This document shows, piece by piece, positions 47,455 through 58,102 of a stretch of DNA of 64,000 bases (positions are counted from its first letter, which is position 1; each line of letters opens with the position of its first letter). The DNA is from Candidatus Omnitrophota bacterium (GTDB lineage Bacteria > Omnitrophota > Gorgyraeia > Gorgyraeales > Gorgyraeaceae). The translations under genes and the position numbers were made by a program. A model generated the notes under the pieces. That model had not been told where the DNA came from. It did not search any database and was given only the letters and a program-made list of their open reading frames with translations. The stretch is from positions 127,745-191,744 of the forward strand of contig DNHS01000035.1 in the NCBI GenBank assembly GCA_003485765.1, in the 5' to 3' direction.

Positions 47455-47718
47455 ATGCCTAATAACACAGTGAAGATTGCTATAAGCTTGCCTAAACAAG
47501 AATACCAATTTTTAGAAAAATTTAGGAGAAAGCTTGGTATTTCTCGCAGCGCAATGATTGACAAGGCAATAAGTTTCTGGTTGAAACGACAGCAGGATGA
47601 AGAGCTTATTAAAGAATATGAGGATTCTTACAAAAAAAAGCCTGAGAATGTTTCTGAAATAATTGCGTTAGAAAAGGCCGGTCTTGAGGCCTTATCGGAA
47701 GAAGGGGGTTGGAGATGA
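47455..47718 (+). CDS. CopG/RHH antitoxin (NdoAI/MazE-like)
   Basis: KIAISLP..LGISRSAMI..A; RBS aaggagg. Confidence 0.8.
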   Translation: MPNNTVKIAISLPKQEYQFLEKFRRKLGISRSAMIDKAISFWLKRQQDEELIKEYEDSYKKKPENVSEIIALEKAGLEALSEEGGWR

Positions 47719-48026
47719 AGCGTGGCGAGATTTGGTGGGCAGATTTACCCGAACCTATAGGTAGAAGGCCTGTTGTATTGCTTTCGCGGGATGAAGCTTA
47801 TAATGTGCGCAACGCAGTCACTGTGGCAGAAGTAACTACAAATATCAGAGGAATTTCAGTAGAAGTGCTGTTGTCAAAAGAAGATGGCCTGCCTAAATCC
47901 TGCGCAGTTAATTTAGATACTATAGTTACTATCCGTAAAGCGTTGCTTAAAGAACGCATTAGCCTTTTGCGCCAGGAAAAAATAAATGCGGTTAATTCTG
48001 CTATAAAATTTGCTTTAGCTTTGTAA
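47715..48026 (+). CDS. mazF: PemK/MazF-family toxin
   Basis: MKRGEIWWADL..RRPVVLLSR..DGLPK..VNLD..AIKFAL; ATGA overlap with the antitoxin. Confidence 0.9.
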   Translation: MKRGEIWWADLPEPIGRRPVVLLSRDEAYNVRNAVTVAEVTTNIRGISVEVLLSKEDGLPKSCAVNLDTIVTIRKALLKERISLLRQEKINAVNSAIKFALAL

Positions 48027-48045
48027 TAGCTTGGCGAGCTCCGTA

Positions 48046-48624
48046 CTATTTACGTAATGCTGGATTTAAGGCTGGGTCGTTATAGAGTTTGTGCTGTTTG
48101 TAGGACTTGATTTTTTTCCTTCCGGAATAGATATCATCCATTAATTCCTTAAGACATTTCAGAAGATCATCGGATTTTTCCAGGACTTGCTCAAGCATAT
48201 TAGAACACCTTTCAATGTGAGCAATATCTGCGTCTTTACGATTTATTTCTTTTTTAAGATTATAGCTTCTGAGGGCTAATATTGTAAGACGGTCATACAG
48301 GCTTCCGGGATTTTCGGAATTCATGGGAAGAGTTTGGTCTATAGATTTTAGTTTTTCTTCCACATCTTGTCTTATAAGAGCGTCTAAGGCGTCTATAATG
48401 TCATTTCTGCTCTGGTTTTCTTTATCAATCTTTCTTTTCAGTTCAGCTATACAGCTGTCAGGCACATCTTTACGCCTTGCCTCATCTTCATAACCCCAGA
48501 GTATGAAATTCGCGGACAAAAGATCTAGTACAGTCTTTTCAATAGCAGTAGAACCTGTATTTTTAAAACTGCCGTTATATAGCTCTTCCACAAGGTTATT
48601 TATAGATTTAAGCCACTTTTCCAT
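48046..48624 (-). CDS. DUF4254-family protein
   Basis: LWGYEDEAR..KRKIDKENQSRND..NSENPGSLYDRLTILAL..KLYNDPALNP; the only credible minus-strand gene. Confidence 0.8.
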   Translation of the reverse strand: MEKWLKSINNLVEELYNGSFKNTGSTAIEKTVLDLLSANFILWGYEDEARRKDVPDSCIAELKRKIDKENQSRNDIIDALDALIRQDVEEKLKSIDQTLPMNSENPGSLYDRLTILALRSYNLKKEINRKDADIAHIERCSNMLEQVLEKSDDLLKCLKELMDDIYSGRKKIKSYKQHKLYNDPALNPALRK

Positions 48625-48676
48625 AGCAAAAATATTATACCATATTGTTACTATTTATGGTATATTATAAACTTAA

Positions 48677-49903
48677 ATGAGAAAGAATATTCTGGTTATA
48701 AATCCATTCGGCATAGGGGATGTTCTGTTTTCAACAGTGCTGGTAAGGCAATTAAGAAAGAATAACCCTAATAGCTATATAGCTTATATATGTAATCTAA
48801 AAGTAAAAGATATTCTGGCCACAAATCCTGATATCAATGAAGTTTTTGTATTTGAGCGCGATGAATATAGATCAGAATGGAAGAAATCAAAGATTAGAGG
48901 CATAAAAAAGTTCTTAGGGTTCTGGAGAGAGGTAAAAAAGAAAAAATTTGATGTAGTATTTGATCTTTCGCTTGGCAAGGAATACGCGTTTTTATGCTGG
49001 TGGGTTGGCATAAAAGAGCGCAAAGGATTTAATTATAAAAAACGGGGAAGATTTTTAACGCATAAAATAGAGTTTGACGGGTTTAACGATAAGCCTGTGG
49101 CAGAATATTATTTAGATTTATTTTATCTTAATAAGATTGCTTCGCTCACTCCGTTCGCTCGCAATGACGAACTTATATGTCATTGCGAGGAGCCTCAAAG
49201 AGGCGACGAAGCAATCTCAACAGTTTTAGTTACGACAGAACATGATAAAGAATATATAGACAATTTTTTAAACCAATCAGGCATTAAAGATAACGATATT
49301 CTAATCGGCATCGCCCCTGGCGGTGGCATGAGCTTTGGCCTTAAGAATCAGGATAGACGCAGATGGCCTGTTAAAAAATTTGCTGAATTAGCAGATAAAG
49401 TTATTGAAAAATTTAATGCCAGAATAATTTTAATATGGGGCCCTGGAGAGGAAAAATTAGTTCAGGAAATAGCGATTCTAATGAAACAAAAGCCATTGAT
49501 CACCCCGGCTACTAAGATAAGAGAAATGGCAGAGCTGTGTAAGAGATGTAAGCTGGTTATTTGCAGCGAAGGCGGCCCTCTTCATATTGCCAATAGCCAT
49601 GACGTAAAGACAATATCTATATTTGGTCCGGTAGATGAAAAAGTTTACGGTCCGTATCCACTTGGGGAAAATAATATTGTAGTGACTTCAGATGTTGATT
49701 GCAGGCCGTGTTATAAGAAATTTAAACTCCCTGAATGCAGTAATAGAAAATGCTTAGAGGATATTTCAGTGGATGGAGTATTTAAAGAGATTGCTTCGGC
49801 TGCCACCTTTGGAAGCTTCCCTCGCAATGACGGTGGAACAGGCAGTGTCATTGCGAGGAGTTCCGATATCAAAGATGTCGGGACGACGAAGCAATCTAAA
49901 TAA
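48677..49903 (+). CDS. GT9 (heptosyltransferase-like) glycosyltransferase with two palindromic insertions
   Basis: [29 protein letters not shown]. Confidence 0.9.
   Translation: MRKNILVINPFGIGDVLFSTVLVRQLRKNNPNSYIAYICNLKVKDILATNPDINEVFVFERDEYRSEWKKSKIRGIKKFLGFWREVKKKKFDVVFDLSLGKEYAFLCWWVGIKERKGFNYKKRGRFLTHKIEFDGFNDKPVAEYYLDLFYLNKIASLTPFARNDELICHCEEPQRGDEAISTVLVTTEHDKEYIDNFLNQSGIKDNDILIGIAPGGGMSFGLKNQDRRRWPVKKFAELADKVIEKFNARIILIWGPGEEKLVQEIAILMKQKPLITPATKIREMAELCKRCKLVICSEGGPLHIANSHDVKTISIFGPVDEKVYGPYPLGENNIVVTSDVDCRPCYKKFKLPECSNRKCLEDISVDGVFKEIASAATFGSFPRNDGGTGSVIARSSDIKDVGTTKQSK
49134..49217. repeat. 84-bp (28-codon) AGATTGCTTCG..CTCGCAATGAC / GTCATTGCGAG..CGAAGCAATCT palindromic element
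   Basis: Two 11-bp stems; in frame; second copy at 49788. Confidence 0.9.
49788..49897. repeat. 110-bp copy of the same element, forming the C-terminus of the GT9
   Basis: Same four 11-mers with different internal hairpins. Confidence 0.9.
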
Positions 49904-49914
49904 CAGGAGAAGCC

Positions 49915-51018
49915 ATGAAAGTAGATATTTTTACTCTTAAAAAACAATACGAGAGCATAAAAGATGAGATCAAAGGACCTATAGAGAAGGTTATACAATC
50001 AGGCGGATTTATACTTGGCGAAGATGTTGGCCTCTTTGAAAATGAATTTGCTGAATACTGCGGAGTCAAATATGGGATTGGCGTGAATTCAGGAACAGAC
50101 GCCTTATTTTTAGCCTGCCTTGCCTGCGGCATTGGAAAAGGCGACGAAGTGATAACCCCGACTTATACTTACATAGCTACTAGTTTCGGGATTTCTATGG
50201 CAGGCGCAAAACCGGTTTTTGTGGATACAGAAGAAAAAACTTATAGTATTGATATTTCAAAGATAGAAAAGGTCATTACTAAAAAAACAAAAGCTATATT
50301 ACTTGTGCATCTATATGGCCACCCGGCTAATATGGATCCCATAATCGAGATTGCCAAGAAATATAAGCTCAAAGTTATAGAAGACTGTGCTCAAGCTCAC
50401 GGAGCGCTTTACAAAAACAAGAAAGTCGGCGGTTTTGGAGATGCAGCATGTTTTTCATTTTATCCTACTAAGAATCTTGGAGCTTTTGGTGACGGCGGCA
50501 TGATAATAACAAATTCAGAAGAGGTAAAGGATAAAGCGTTGCTTCTGAGAGATTACGGAAGAAAAGGGAGATACGAAAACATAATCAAAGGTTATAATTC
50601 TAGGCTCGATACATTACAGGCGGCTATTTTACGCGTAAAGCTTAAACATTTGGACGAGTGGAATGAAAAAAGAAGAAAAAATGCGAGCCTTTATACAAAA
50701 CTATTCAAAGAAAAAAAGGTGGATATAGTACTTCCTTATGAGGCAGATTATGCAAAACATATTTATCATCAATATACTATCAGAGTTAAAAATAGAAAAG
50801 AAGTTATGGAAAAACTGGCTGATAAAGGTGTGCGCACGTTAATTCATTATCCAATACCTGTACATTTGCAAGAATGCTATAAAGAACTTGGTTATAAAAG
50901 AGGCGCTTTTCCTGTTGCAGAAAAATGCTGTGAAGAAATAATGAGCTTACCTATGTATCCGGAACTCACAGAAGAAGAAATCAGATACGTAGTGGAGCAA
51001 TTGTCTGAAATAATATGA
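49915..51018 (+). CDS. DegT/DnrJ/EryC1 PLP-dependent sugar aminotransferase
   Basis: [42 protein letters not shown]. Confidence 0.95.
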   Translation: MKVDIFTLKKQYESIKDEIKGPIEKVIQSGGFILGEDVGLFENEFAEYCGVKYGIGVNSGTDALFLACLACGIGKGDEVITPTYTYIATSFGISMAGAKPVFVDTEEKTYSIDISKIEKVITKKTKAILLVHLYGHPANMDPIIEIAKKYKLKVIEDCAQAHGALYKNKKVGGFGDAACFSFYPTKNLGAFGDGGMIITNSEEVKDKALLLRDYGRKGRYENIIKGYNSRLDTLQAAILRVKLKHLDEWNEKRRKNASLYTKLFKEKKVDIVLPYEADYAKHIYHQYTIRVKNRKEVMEKLADKGVRTLIHYPIPVHLQECYKELGYKRGAFPVAEKCCEEIMSLPMYPELTEEEIRYVVEQLSEII

Positions 51019-51902
51019 AACTTTTAATTATCGGAGCTTCAGGGGTTCTTGGAAGCAGGTTATATAACGATGCAATAAAAAATAAATGGAACGTTCTGGG
51101 AACATATTGTTCTCATGAATGCGAGGGGCTTTTTTATCTGGACGTAAGGGATAAAGCGAGCCTTGAAAAAGTATTTAATTTTTTTCGTCCTGAAACAGTA
51201 GTAATGGCCGGCGGAATTACAGATGTAGACTTATGCACGTTAAAACCCAAGCTTGCTATGGATGTGAATATAAAAGGTACGATGAATCTAGTAAAAAAGA
51301 CAAAAGAGTATGACGCAAGATTAGTATATGTTTCAACTGATTATGTATTTGACGGAGAAAACGGGCCGTATAAAGAAAATGACAAACCAAACCCTATAAA
51401 CATGTACGGCAGGACAAAACTGGAAGCGGAAAATATAATAAAAAGTAAATTGAAAGATTGCTTAATAGTGCGCACTGCGCAACTTTATGGAGTAGCGGAG
51501 CGAAGCTCCGCGCAAAACAGTAATTTTACGCTGAAAATAATTCACAATATGAAGAGCGGCAAAAATGTATACGCAGCAGATGATTTATATTCTACGCCTA
51601 CTTACGCAGGATCTCTTTCTGAAATAATAATAAAACTTATAGAGAAAAAGGCCAAAGGCGTTTATCATGGCGCAGGGGCTGAATTTTTAAACCGATACGA
51701 TTATGTCAATAAAATAGCCGATATTTTCGGGCTTGATAAGAGATTGATACAAAAGGTCAAACTGAAAGATTTAAAGCTGAAGGCAAAGCGTCCTAAAAAA
51801 GGCGGCTTAAAAATTGATAAAGTGGTTAAAGGAAAGATTGCTAAACCCTATGATTGCAAAACAGGCCTTGCTTTTTTGAAAAAAGACATGTCTTATGCTT
51901 GA
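51015..51902 (+). CDS. RmlD-like NDP-4-keto-sugar reductase
   Basis: [24 protein letters not shown]. Confidence 0.85.
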   Translation: MKLLIIGASGVLGSRLYNDAIKNKWNVLGTYCSHECEGLFYLDVRDKASLEKVFNFFRPETVVMAGGITDVDLCTLKPKLAMDVNIKGTMNLVKKTKEYDARLVYVSTDYVFDGENGPYKENDKPNPINMYGRTKLEAENIIKSKLKDCLIVRTAQLYGVAERSSAQNSNFTLKIIHNMKSGKNVYAADDLYSTPTYAGSLSEIIIKLIEKKAKGVYHGAGAEFLNRYDYVNKIADIFGLDKRLIQKVKLKDLKLKAKRPKKGGLKIDKVVKGKIAKPYDCKTGLAFLKKDMSYA

Positions 51903-52827
51903 TATAAAATGCGATATTATCATACCTATCTGGAATGAATGCGAACTTTTGCGGAAGTGTATAGCCAGCATCGAAAAAAATACAGCTCTGTCTTACAGGA
52001 TTATATTGGTGGACAATGCTAGTTATCCGGAAACGGCTTTATATCTCAAGGGGTTGTCAGAAAGTAATAAAAATCGCATAATCCTGATACGCAACGAAGA
52101 GAACCTTGGTTTTCCAAAGGCAGTGAATCAAGGGATAGAGTTTTCCGGCGCAGCCTATCTTTGTGTCCTCAATAGCGACACCGAAGTTTACAAAGGCTGG
52201 CTTGAAGAGATGATGCGAGTCAGTGAAAGCGCTCTAGATATAGGCATAATCAATCCCTCCAGCAATAATCTTGGCCAGCCAGAGCCTTTAAAAGGTTTTT
52301 CCGGTCAATGGATCGAGATGTCGTCTTGTATCGGTTTTTGCATGTTGATAAAAAGAGAAGTGTTTGAAAAGATAGGCAAATTTGATGAGATATATAGTCC
52401 TGGAAACTTTGAAGATACTGATTTTTCAAGGAGAGCCATAAAGGCAGGTTATAAATGCGTTATGGCAAAAGGCGCTTATGTATATCATGCGCAAAACACA
52501 GGTTTTAAGAAAAGAAAAGACTGGGATGAAAAGTTTAAAACAAATCTGGAAATATTTAATAAACGATGGGGAAAGGTTAAAAGAATAGCTTATATTCTTA
52601 AAGATACAAGAGAGGATGCGTTAAGGGCTGTTGAAGAGAGCATTAAAGGTTTTCTGAAATCCGGGGATTGGGTTTATGTTTTTATCAAAAAAGGCTCTAT
52701 GAGGCCTGATCTGAAAGAGCATTGTTCGCTGCGTATTTTTGAAATAGAAAGATTTCTATTTAATATAAAAGTTTTATGGCATATAGCAGCTCGTAAAAAG
52801 AAATTCGATAAAGTTATAAAATCTTGA
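51895..52827 (+). CDS. GT2 glycosyltransferase
   Basis: IIPIWN, VDNAS, LNSD, FEDTD. Confidence 0.9.
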   Translation: MLDIKCDIIIPIWNECELLRKCIASIEKNTALSYRIILVDNASYPETALYLKGLSESNKNRIILIRNEENLGFPKAVNQGIEFSGAAYLCVLNSDTEVYKGWLEEMMRVSESALDIGIINPSSNNLGQPEPLKGFSGQWIEMSSCIGFCMLIKREVFEKIGKFDEIYSPGNFEDTDFSRRAIKAGYKCVMAKGAYVYHAQNTGFKKRKDWDEKFKTNLEIFNKRWGKVKRIAYILKDTREDALRAVEESIKGFLKSGDWVYVFIKKGSMRPDLKEHCSLRIFEIERFLFNIKVLWHIAARKKKFDKVIKS

Positions 52828-52831
52828 TTTT

Positions 52832-53233
52832 ATGGAAAACCAGAAAAGAATAATTATAATTTCAGAAGCGGGATGGCAGGGCGCAAGGCAGTTATCCATT
52901 GAGCTCTCAAAAAAAGGAATAATGGCAATCGTTCTTATTAAGGGAAGGCTTGGCAGGCACGAAAGAGATATGATTACAAAGTATATGGGAATTAAGAACA
53001 TATTTATATCTCAGAAACTTTTTGCTGTTTTAATGTTTGCATATATTTTATCCCTGGCTATTTGTTTTAAACCTATGGTTATTTTTGTAACAAAGGAAAA
53101 AACAGAAAAAACAATTCTTAAATTGGAAAAGTTTTTTAAAAATATTCATTTGGCAAGATTAAAGGAGTCAGAAAATTATTTTAGCGTATTTGATTTAAAT
53201 ATGGGGCTCGTTGATTATAGGAGTTATTTATAG
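52832..53233 (+). CDS. Hypothetical protein
   Basis: Fills the operon gap tightly; no motif recognised. Confidence 0.55.
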   Translation: MENQKRIIIISEAGWQGARQLSIELSKKGIMAIVLIKGRLGRHERDMITKYMGIKNIFISQKLFAVLMFAYILSLAICFKPMVIFVTKEKTEKTILKLEKFFKNIHLARLKESENYFSVFDLNMGLVDYRSYL

Positions 53234-53238
53234 ATTTT

Positions 53239-54099
53239 ATGAATATAGCTATTATTTTTGACATATTGAGAGCTGATACAATAGGCATATATTATGAAAA
53301 GGCTTTCAGGGAGCTAGGGCATGGCGTAGACCATTTTCAGACAGATGAAATGCATAAGATAAATAAAAAATATGATATGTACTTGTGCATAGATGACGGC
53401 CTCAATAGAGACGCTATCCCAAAGAGTTTATTTCCCAAGGTTTTTTATGCCATAGACGTGCATTTGCCGGCGCCTGAACGGAAAATACGGAAGAAAGTTT
53501 TAAACAAAAGTTATGACCTGGTATTTACGCCTGCCCAGTGGTGGATTAATCAGATGAAGGGTATCTCACCTGTTGAAATTATATGGATGAACCAGGGGTG
53601 TGATCTGGATATACATAAGAGATTAAATGTGGAAAGGAATTATGACATAGGTTTCGTAGGGACCGACGGCGGAGTGCCTAGGAAATTTTATCTTCAGGAA
53701 ATAAGGGAAAGGTATCCCAATAATTTTATCGGAACGGCTGATTACAAGGATATGTCCAGGATTTACAGCGCATCCAAGGTAGGTTTTAGCTTACCTATAC
53801 GTTTAGAATACCTGACTCTCAGAAATTATGAAATCATGGCGTGCGGCGCAATGCTTTTGATGAAAAGATTAAGAGACGACAGCGCTGAGAGGCTCGGATT
53901 TATAGATAAAAAGCACCTTGTTATATTTGATGGCCCAAAAGATTTATTTGAACTTTTAGATTATTATCTGAAGAACAAAGATGAGAGAGAAAGAATAGCA
54001 GAAAACGGATATCGTCTCGCTATTGAAAAACATACTTATCTTCATAGGGCAAGAGAGATAGTGGATATTGTGAAAGACAGGTTTCATCTGTGTGATTAA
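53239..54099 (+). CDS. CgeB-like GT-B glycosyltransferase
   Basis: DIGFVG..R, RNYEIMACG, HTYLHR. Confidence 0.8.
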   Translation: MNIAIIFDILRADTIGIYYEKAFRELGHGVDHFQTDEMHKINKKYDMYLCIDDGLNRDAIPKSLFPKVFYAIDVHLPAPERKIRKKVLNKSYDLVFTPAQWWINQMKGISPVEIIWMNQGCDLDIHKRLNVERNYDIGFVGTDGGVPRKFYLQEIRERYPNNFIGTADYKDMSRIYSASKVGFSLPIRLEYLTLRNYEIMACGAMLLMKRLRDDSAERLGFIDKKHLVIFDGPKDLFELLDYYLKNKDERERIAENGYRLAIEKHTYLHRAREIVDIVKDRFHLCD

Positions 54100-54151
54100 G
54101 GATATGAAAGTTAATGACACTATTGTAATCTAAATTATAGGAGAAATTGGT

Positions 54152-55009
54152 ATGTCCCTTATTAGCAGGTTCAAGAGCAGGTATAAGGATTTACAAAAAA
54201 TAACCAAAGTTTTCATACAACAACCACAGCTAAGCTTTAAGCGGTTGACCAAATTACCTGCAAATTTACGCGGCTTTAACTATTCTCAAGAATGGCAACC
54301 CTCTGCTGTCACTAACAAGCAGCCATCTTTTTCTGGTCTACCAGCGGTATCTCAGTCTTCAAACCCCTTAAAATCTTATATTAATTCCCATAAAGAAGGA
54401 AAAGGTATTTTGAAGTGGGACCACTATTTTGATATTTATCATCAGCACTTTAAAAAATTTGTGGGACACGAGGTGCATATACTTGAAATTGGAATTTTCA
54501 GCGGCGGAAGTCTCGAAATGTGGAGGGATTATTTCGGTTCTAAGTGCCACATCTATGGTGTGGATATACAAGAAGAATGTAAAATGTATGAAAACGAATA
54601 CACAAACATTTTTATAGGCGATCAGGCAGATCGTAAATTTTGGAAATTATTTAAAGATAAAGTTCCTGTAGTCGATATTCTGATTGATGACGGCGGCCAT
54701 CAAGCTGAGCAACAAATAGTCACGCTCGAAGAGATGCTTCCTCATCTTTCTCCTGGAGGGATCTATTTTTGTGAAGACATTCATGGGTCTTACAATGATT
54801 TTGCTTCTTATTTACACGGACTAATTAATAGTCTAAATGATATGATTCAGTTGTCAGAATCTGGAATTAGCCCCACACAATTCCAAAGCTGGATTAAATC
54901 GATGCATTTTTATCCGTATGTTACGGTAATTGAAAAAGCCGAGAGGCCTGAAGAAAAAATTGTCGCTACAGGACATGGAACTGAATGGCAGCCGTTTTTA
55001 AAATTTTAA
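54152..55009 (+). CDS. Class I SAM sugar O-methyltransferase-like protein
   Basis: KWDHYF, LEIGIFSGGS..W..YF, GDQAD, IDDGGH, ED. Confidence 0.85.
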   Translation: MSLISRFKSRYKDLQKITKVFIQQPQLSFKRLTKLPANLRGFNYSQEWQPSAVTNKQPSFSGLPAVSQSSNPLKSYINSHKEGKGILKWDHYFDIYHQHFKKFVGHEVHILEIGIFSGGSLEMWRDYFGSKCHIYGVDIQEECKMYENEYTNIFIGDQADRKFWKLFKDKVPVVDILIDDGGHQAEQQIVTLEEMLPHLSPGGIYFCEDIHGSYNDFASYLHGLINSLNDMIQLSESGISPTQFQSWIKSMHFYPYVTVIEKAERPEEKIVATGHGTEWQPFLKF

Positions 55010-55013
55010 ATGT

Positions 55014-55679
55014 ATGAATAAAAAGAAAGATAAACGCGATGATTTTTTAGATCTTGTACCTCGAGGCACAAGAAGATTGTTGGATGTAGGATGCGGTTCT
55101 GGCGGGCTTTCCATGAGATTAAAGGAAAAAGGCATAGAGGCGGTAGGTGTAGAAAAAAATGAAAATCTATGTTCTCTGGCTAAAGAAAAATTAGATACGG
55201 TGATTTCAGGGGATGTGGAAAATTTAAAGTTAGATTATCCGGAAGGGTATTTTGATTGTATTATGTATGCAGATATCCTTGAGCATTTAACAGAGCCTTT
55301 AAATATTTTGGAGAAACATAAAATTTATTTACAGAAAGACGGCTGCGTAATAGCGAGTATTCCTAATGTAAGATATTATAAAATCATCCTGCGTTTAATC
55401 CTATCCGGCGCGTGGGATTATAACGATGCTGGAATGCTTGACAGGACTCATGTCAGATTTTTTGGATTAATAAATATTATAGAACTTTTTGAAAAAGCCG
55501 GTTACGAGATAGTGGAGATCAGGAGGAATGTTATCGCAGCCAGAGGGTTCAGGGTTCTAAATTTTATATTTTTTAATAATTTGAAAGATTTTCTTACATA
55601 TCAATACTATATCAAGGCAAAAAAGAGCGACAACTTGTTGAAAACTTGTACTGATGCCAGAAAGATCTATAAGTTTTGA
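55014..55679 (+). CDS. Class I SAM-dependent methyltransferase
   Basis: LDVGCGSG, DILEHL, SIPNV, LDRTHVRFF. Confidence 0.9.
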   Translation: MNKKKDKRDDFLDLVPRGTRRLLDVGCGSGGLSMRLKEKGIEAVGVEKNENLCSLAKEKLDTVISGDVENLKLDYPEGYFDCIMYADILEHLTEPLNILEKHKIYLQKDGCVIASIPNVRYYKIILRLILSGAWDYNDAGMLDRTHVRFFGLINIIELFEKAGYEIVEIRRNVIAARGFRVLNFIFFNNLKDFLTYQYYIKAKKSDNLLKTCTDARKIYKF

Positions 55680-55711
55680 TTTCCGGGTTATTATAAAGAT
55701 CAGAGGTTTAT

Positions 55712-56449
55712 ATGGATGCATTTGAAAATTTAAGGCCAGGAGGGTCAGGTATTTTACCCGAAGAAACGCATCCGAAATTTTTCGCAAGACATTTCAGCGC
55801 GTATCATTTCGCGCTTCCTCATGTGAAGGATAAGGATGTTCTTGAGATAGGCTTCGGAGATGGGTATGGTGCGAATTTTCTGGCGGATAGCGCGAGAAGC
55901 GTAAAGGCTGTTGACGTTCTGGAAAAGAACGTGGCGCTTGCGGCAAATAAATATAAAAGAAATAAGCTGGAGTTTAAAAAAACAGATATCACGTATTCAG
56001 AATTTGCTGATAATACGTTTGACGCGGTTGTGAGTTTTCAGGTAATAGAGCACATACCTGAAAACGAAATCGCCGGATATCTGGAATCCATAAAAAGGGT
56101 TTTGAAAAAAGGCGGAAGGGCTTTTATCTCTACGCTTAACCTGGACAAAAACAAAAAACCCAACAGGCCGTATCCTAAAAACCCTTTTCATATCAAGGAG
56201 TTTACATATAAAGAATTTGACCTGTGTATCAAAGAGGTTTTTAATAACTATGAAATAAAGGGCCTTTTTTATACGACAAAGCTTAGATTTTATGAAAGAT
56301 TGAAGAAAATAGGCATTTTTAAATTTTTTCCTCCAGGGCTAAATATAGTGGATAATTATTACAAGAGAATTACGGTAAATGACTTTACATGGAAAAAGGA
56401 AGACTTACAGGCTTGCATAGATTTCATGGCAGTCTGCATAAAAAAATAA
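55712..56449 (+). CDS. Class I SAM-dependent methyltransferase
   Basis: LEIGFGDGYG, SFQVIEH, NPFHIKE. Confidence 0.9.
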   Translation: MDAFENLRPGGSGILPEETHPKFFARHFSAYHFALPHVKDKDVLEIGFGDGYGANFLADSARSVKAVDVLEKNVALAANKYKRNKLEFKKTDITYSEFADNTFDAVVSFQVIEHIPENEIAGYLESIKRVLKKGGRAFISTLNLDKNKKPNRPYPKNPFHIKEFTYKEFDLCIKEVFNNYEIKGLFYTTKLRFYERLKKIGIFKFFPPGLNIVDNYYKRITVNDFTWKKEDLQACIDFMAVCIKK

Positions 56450-56459
56450 GGATCAGGCT

Positions 56460-58100
56460 TTGAAAAAATATCTCACATTAGATTTTGTCTTAATCGCGGC
56501 TTTGGTGGTATTTGTCACCCTTCAGCCGTACTTTATGCATGGGATGATAAATTTTTATGAAACAGGAATATATCTACCTCAGATAAATGAGTTTCTTCAT
56601 GGCAAGGCGTTATATAGAGATGTTTTTGTTTTAAGAGGGCCTCTTGAAATAGTTATGCCGGCCTTACTGATGAAGCTTTTTGGGGTACATGTAGGGGCAT
56701 TGAATGCGTATTTTTATTTTGGTACAGTAGTAACTCTTTTTATATATGCGTTATTTGCGCTGAGGCTATATAAAACAAGAGGTTTTGTTTATCTTTTTGC
56801 CATGGTTTTGATAGCCAGGACTTTTCCGTGGTCTTGTTTTAACGTATGGGGTGGAATAAGGTTCGGGCTGGGTATATTCGGCGTATTGCTGGCTGTAAAT
56901 TTTCTGAGAAATAAAAAATCTGTGCAGCTTTTATTTTCCGGAATATTAACCAGCTTTGCATTTTGGACAAGTTTTGAACTTGGCGCGTTCAGTTTTATTT
57001 CTATTATAACGGCGCTTCTTTTATGTGGATATGCAGAGATAAAAGACATGCGGGTTGTTTTCAGGTATGTTTTAATTTATATCGCAGGAAATATTATCGC
57101 ATCGCTTCCGTTTATTCTTTATTTATTTTTGAATAACGCTTTTTTCTTTTATTTAGATGCAGTATACGTGGTTTTGACAAAAACGTCAAAGGTGTTTAAT
57201 CCTGCGTTTTGTTTTGAAACGCCGATGAACCTAAAAGAGTTTATCATGGCGCTCTATCCGTTGAGCCATAATTTTAAATACACCCTGCCGTTTTTATTTT
57301 ATGTTGCAGTATGCGCTTATCTATTGCGGAGATTTGCAAAAAGAAAATTTGATATTTCAGATATTTCAATATCTGCGGTGTCAATCTACGGGATTTTATT
57401 ATATATCAGCACTTTCAGAAACGTAGAAGGCCCTCAATACAGGATGACGCTCCAGCCGCTCTTATTAGTCATGTTTTTTTATTTGGAGCGGTTTTATATA
57501 TGGAATAAAGGTTTAAAACAAAGTATTCGCGGATTAAAAAAGGTTTTGGTTATTTTTATTTTATTTGCTATTCCGGTATACGTGCTGGGATTTTCTGTAA
57601 GTAAATACAGCAAGCGGTTTTTCATTTTTAAGGAAATAAAAGAGGCTATTTTGCACAACAAGCGCGCTGATATACCGTATGCAAATCCTGACCCAACCCC
57701 TATTAAATCGAATCGCGCTATGGGGATAATCGTGCCAGGTTCTCAGGCCAGAGAAGTAGATGGCGTAGTAGAATATATAGCTACTCATACTGAAAATAGC
57801 GATGCTGTTTTTACTTTTCCAGATCTAGGGTCTTATAATTTTCTGACAGACAGGCCTTCAGCAGGAAAGTTCTATTGCGCTGAATTATCCTTCATGGATT
57901 CGCAATGGTTTGAGGATATGTTTAGGGAGCTTAAAAATACAAAGCCAAAATTTATTATATGCGCTAAAGAATTTACAAGGCTAAAGCCTTTCATGCCTGA
58001 TATTGGTAAATATCTGGATAGGATGACCGAATTCTTACGGGAAGACTATAACATAAGGAAGTCATTTGAAACAGTTAATATATTTGAAAGGAAGATATAA
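56460..58100 (+). CDS. Polytopic membrane protein, GT-C-like
   Basis: About 11 TM segments, LYRDVF..GPL, soluble C-terminal domain. Confidence 0.55.
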   Translation: MKKYLTLDFVLIAALVVFVTLQPYFMHGMINFYETGIYLPQINEFLHGKALYRDVFVLRGPLEIVMPALLMKLFGVHVGALNAYFYFGTVVTLFIYALFALRLYKTRGFVYLFAMVLIARTFPWSCFNVWGGIRFGLGIFGVLLAVNFLRNKKSVQLLFSGILTSFAFWTSFELGAFSFISIITALLLCGYAEIKDMRVVFRYVLIYIAGNIIASLPFILYLFLNNAFFFYLDAVYVVLTKTSKVFNPAFCFETPMNLKEFIMALYPLSHNFKYTLPFLFYVAVCAYLLRRFAKRKFDISDISISAVSIYGILLYISTFRNVEGPQYRMTLQPLLLVMFFYLERFYIWNKGLKQSIRGLKKVLVIFILFAIPVYVLGFSVSKYSKRFFIFKEIKEAILHNKRADIPYANPDPTPIKSNRAMGIIVPGSQAREVDGVVEYIATHTENSDAVFTFPDLGSYNFLTDRPSAGKFYCAELSFMDSQWFEDMFRELKNTKPKFIICAKEFTRLKPFMPDIGKYLDRMTEFLREDYNIRKSFETVNIFERKI

Positions 58101-58102
58101 AG

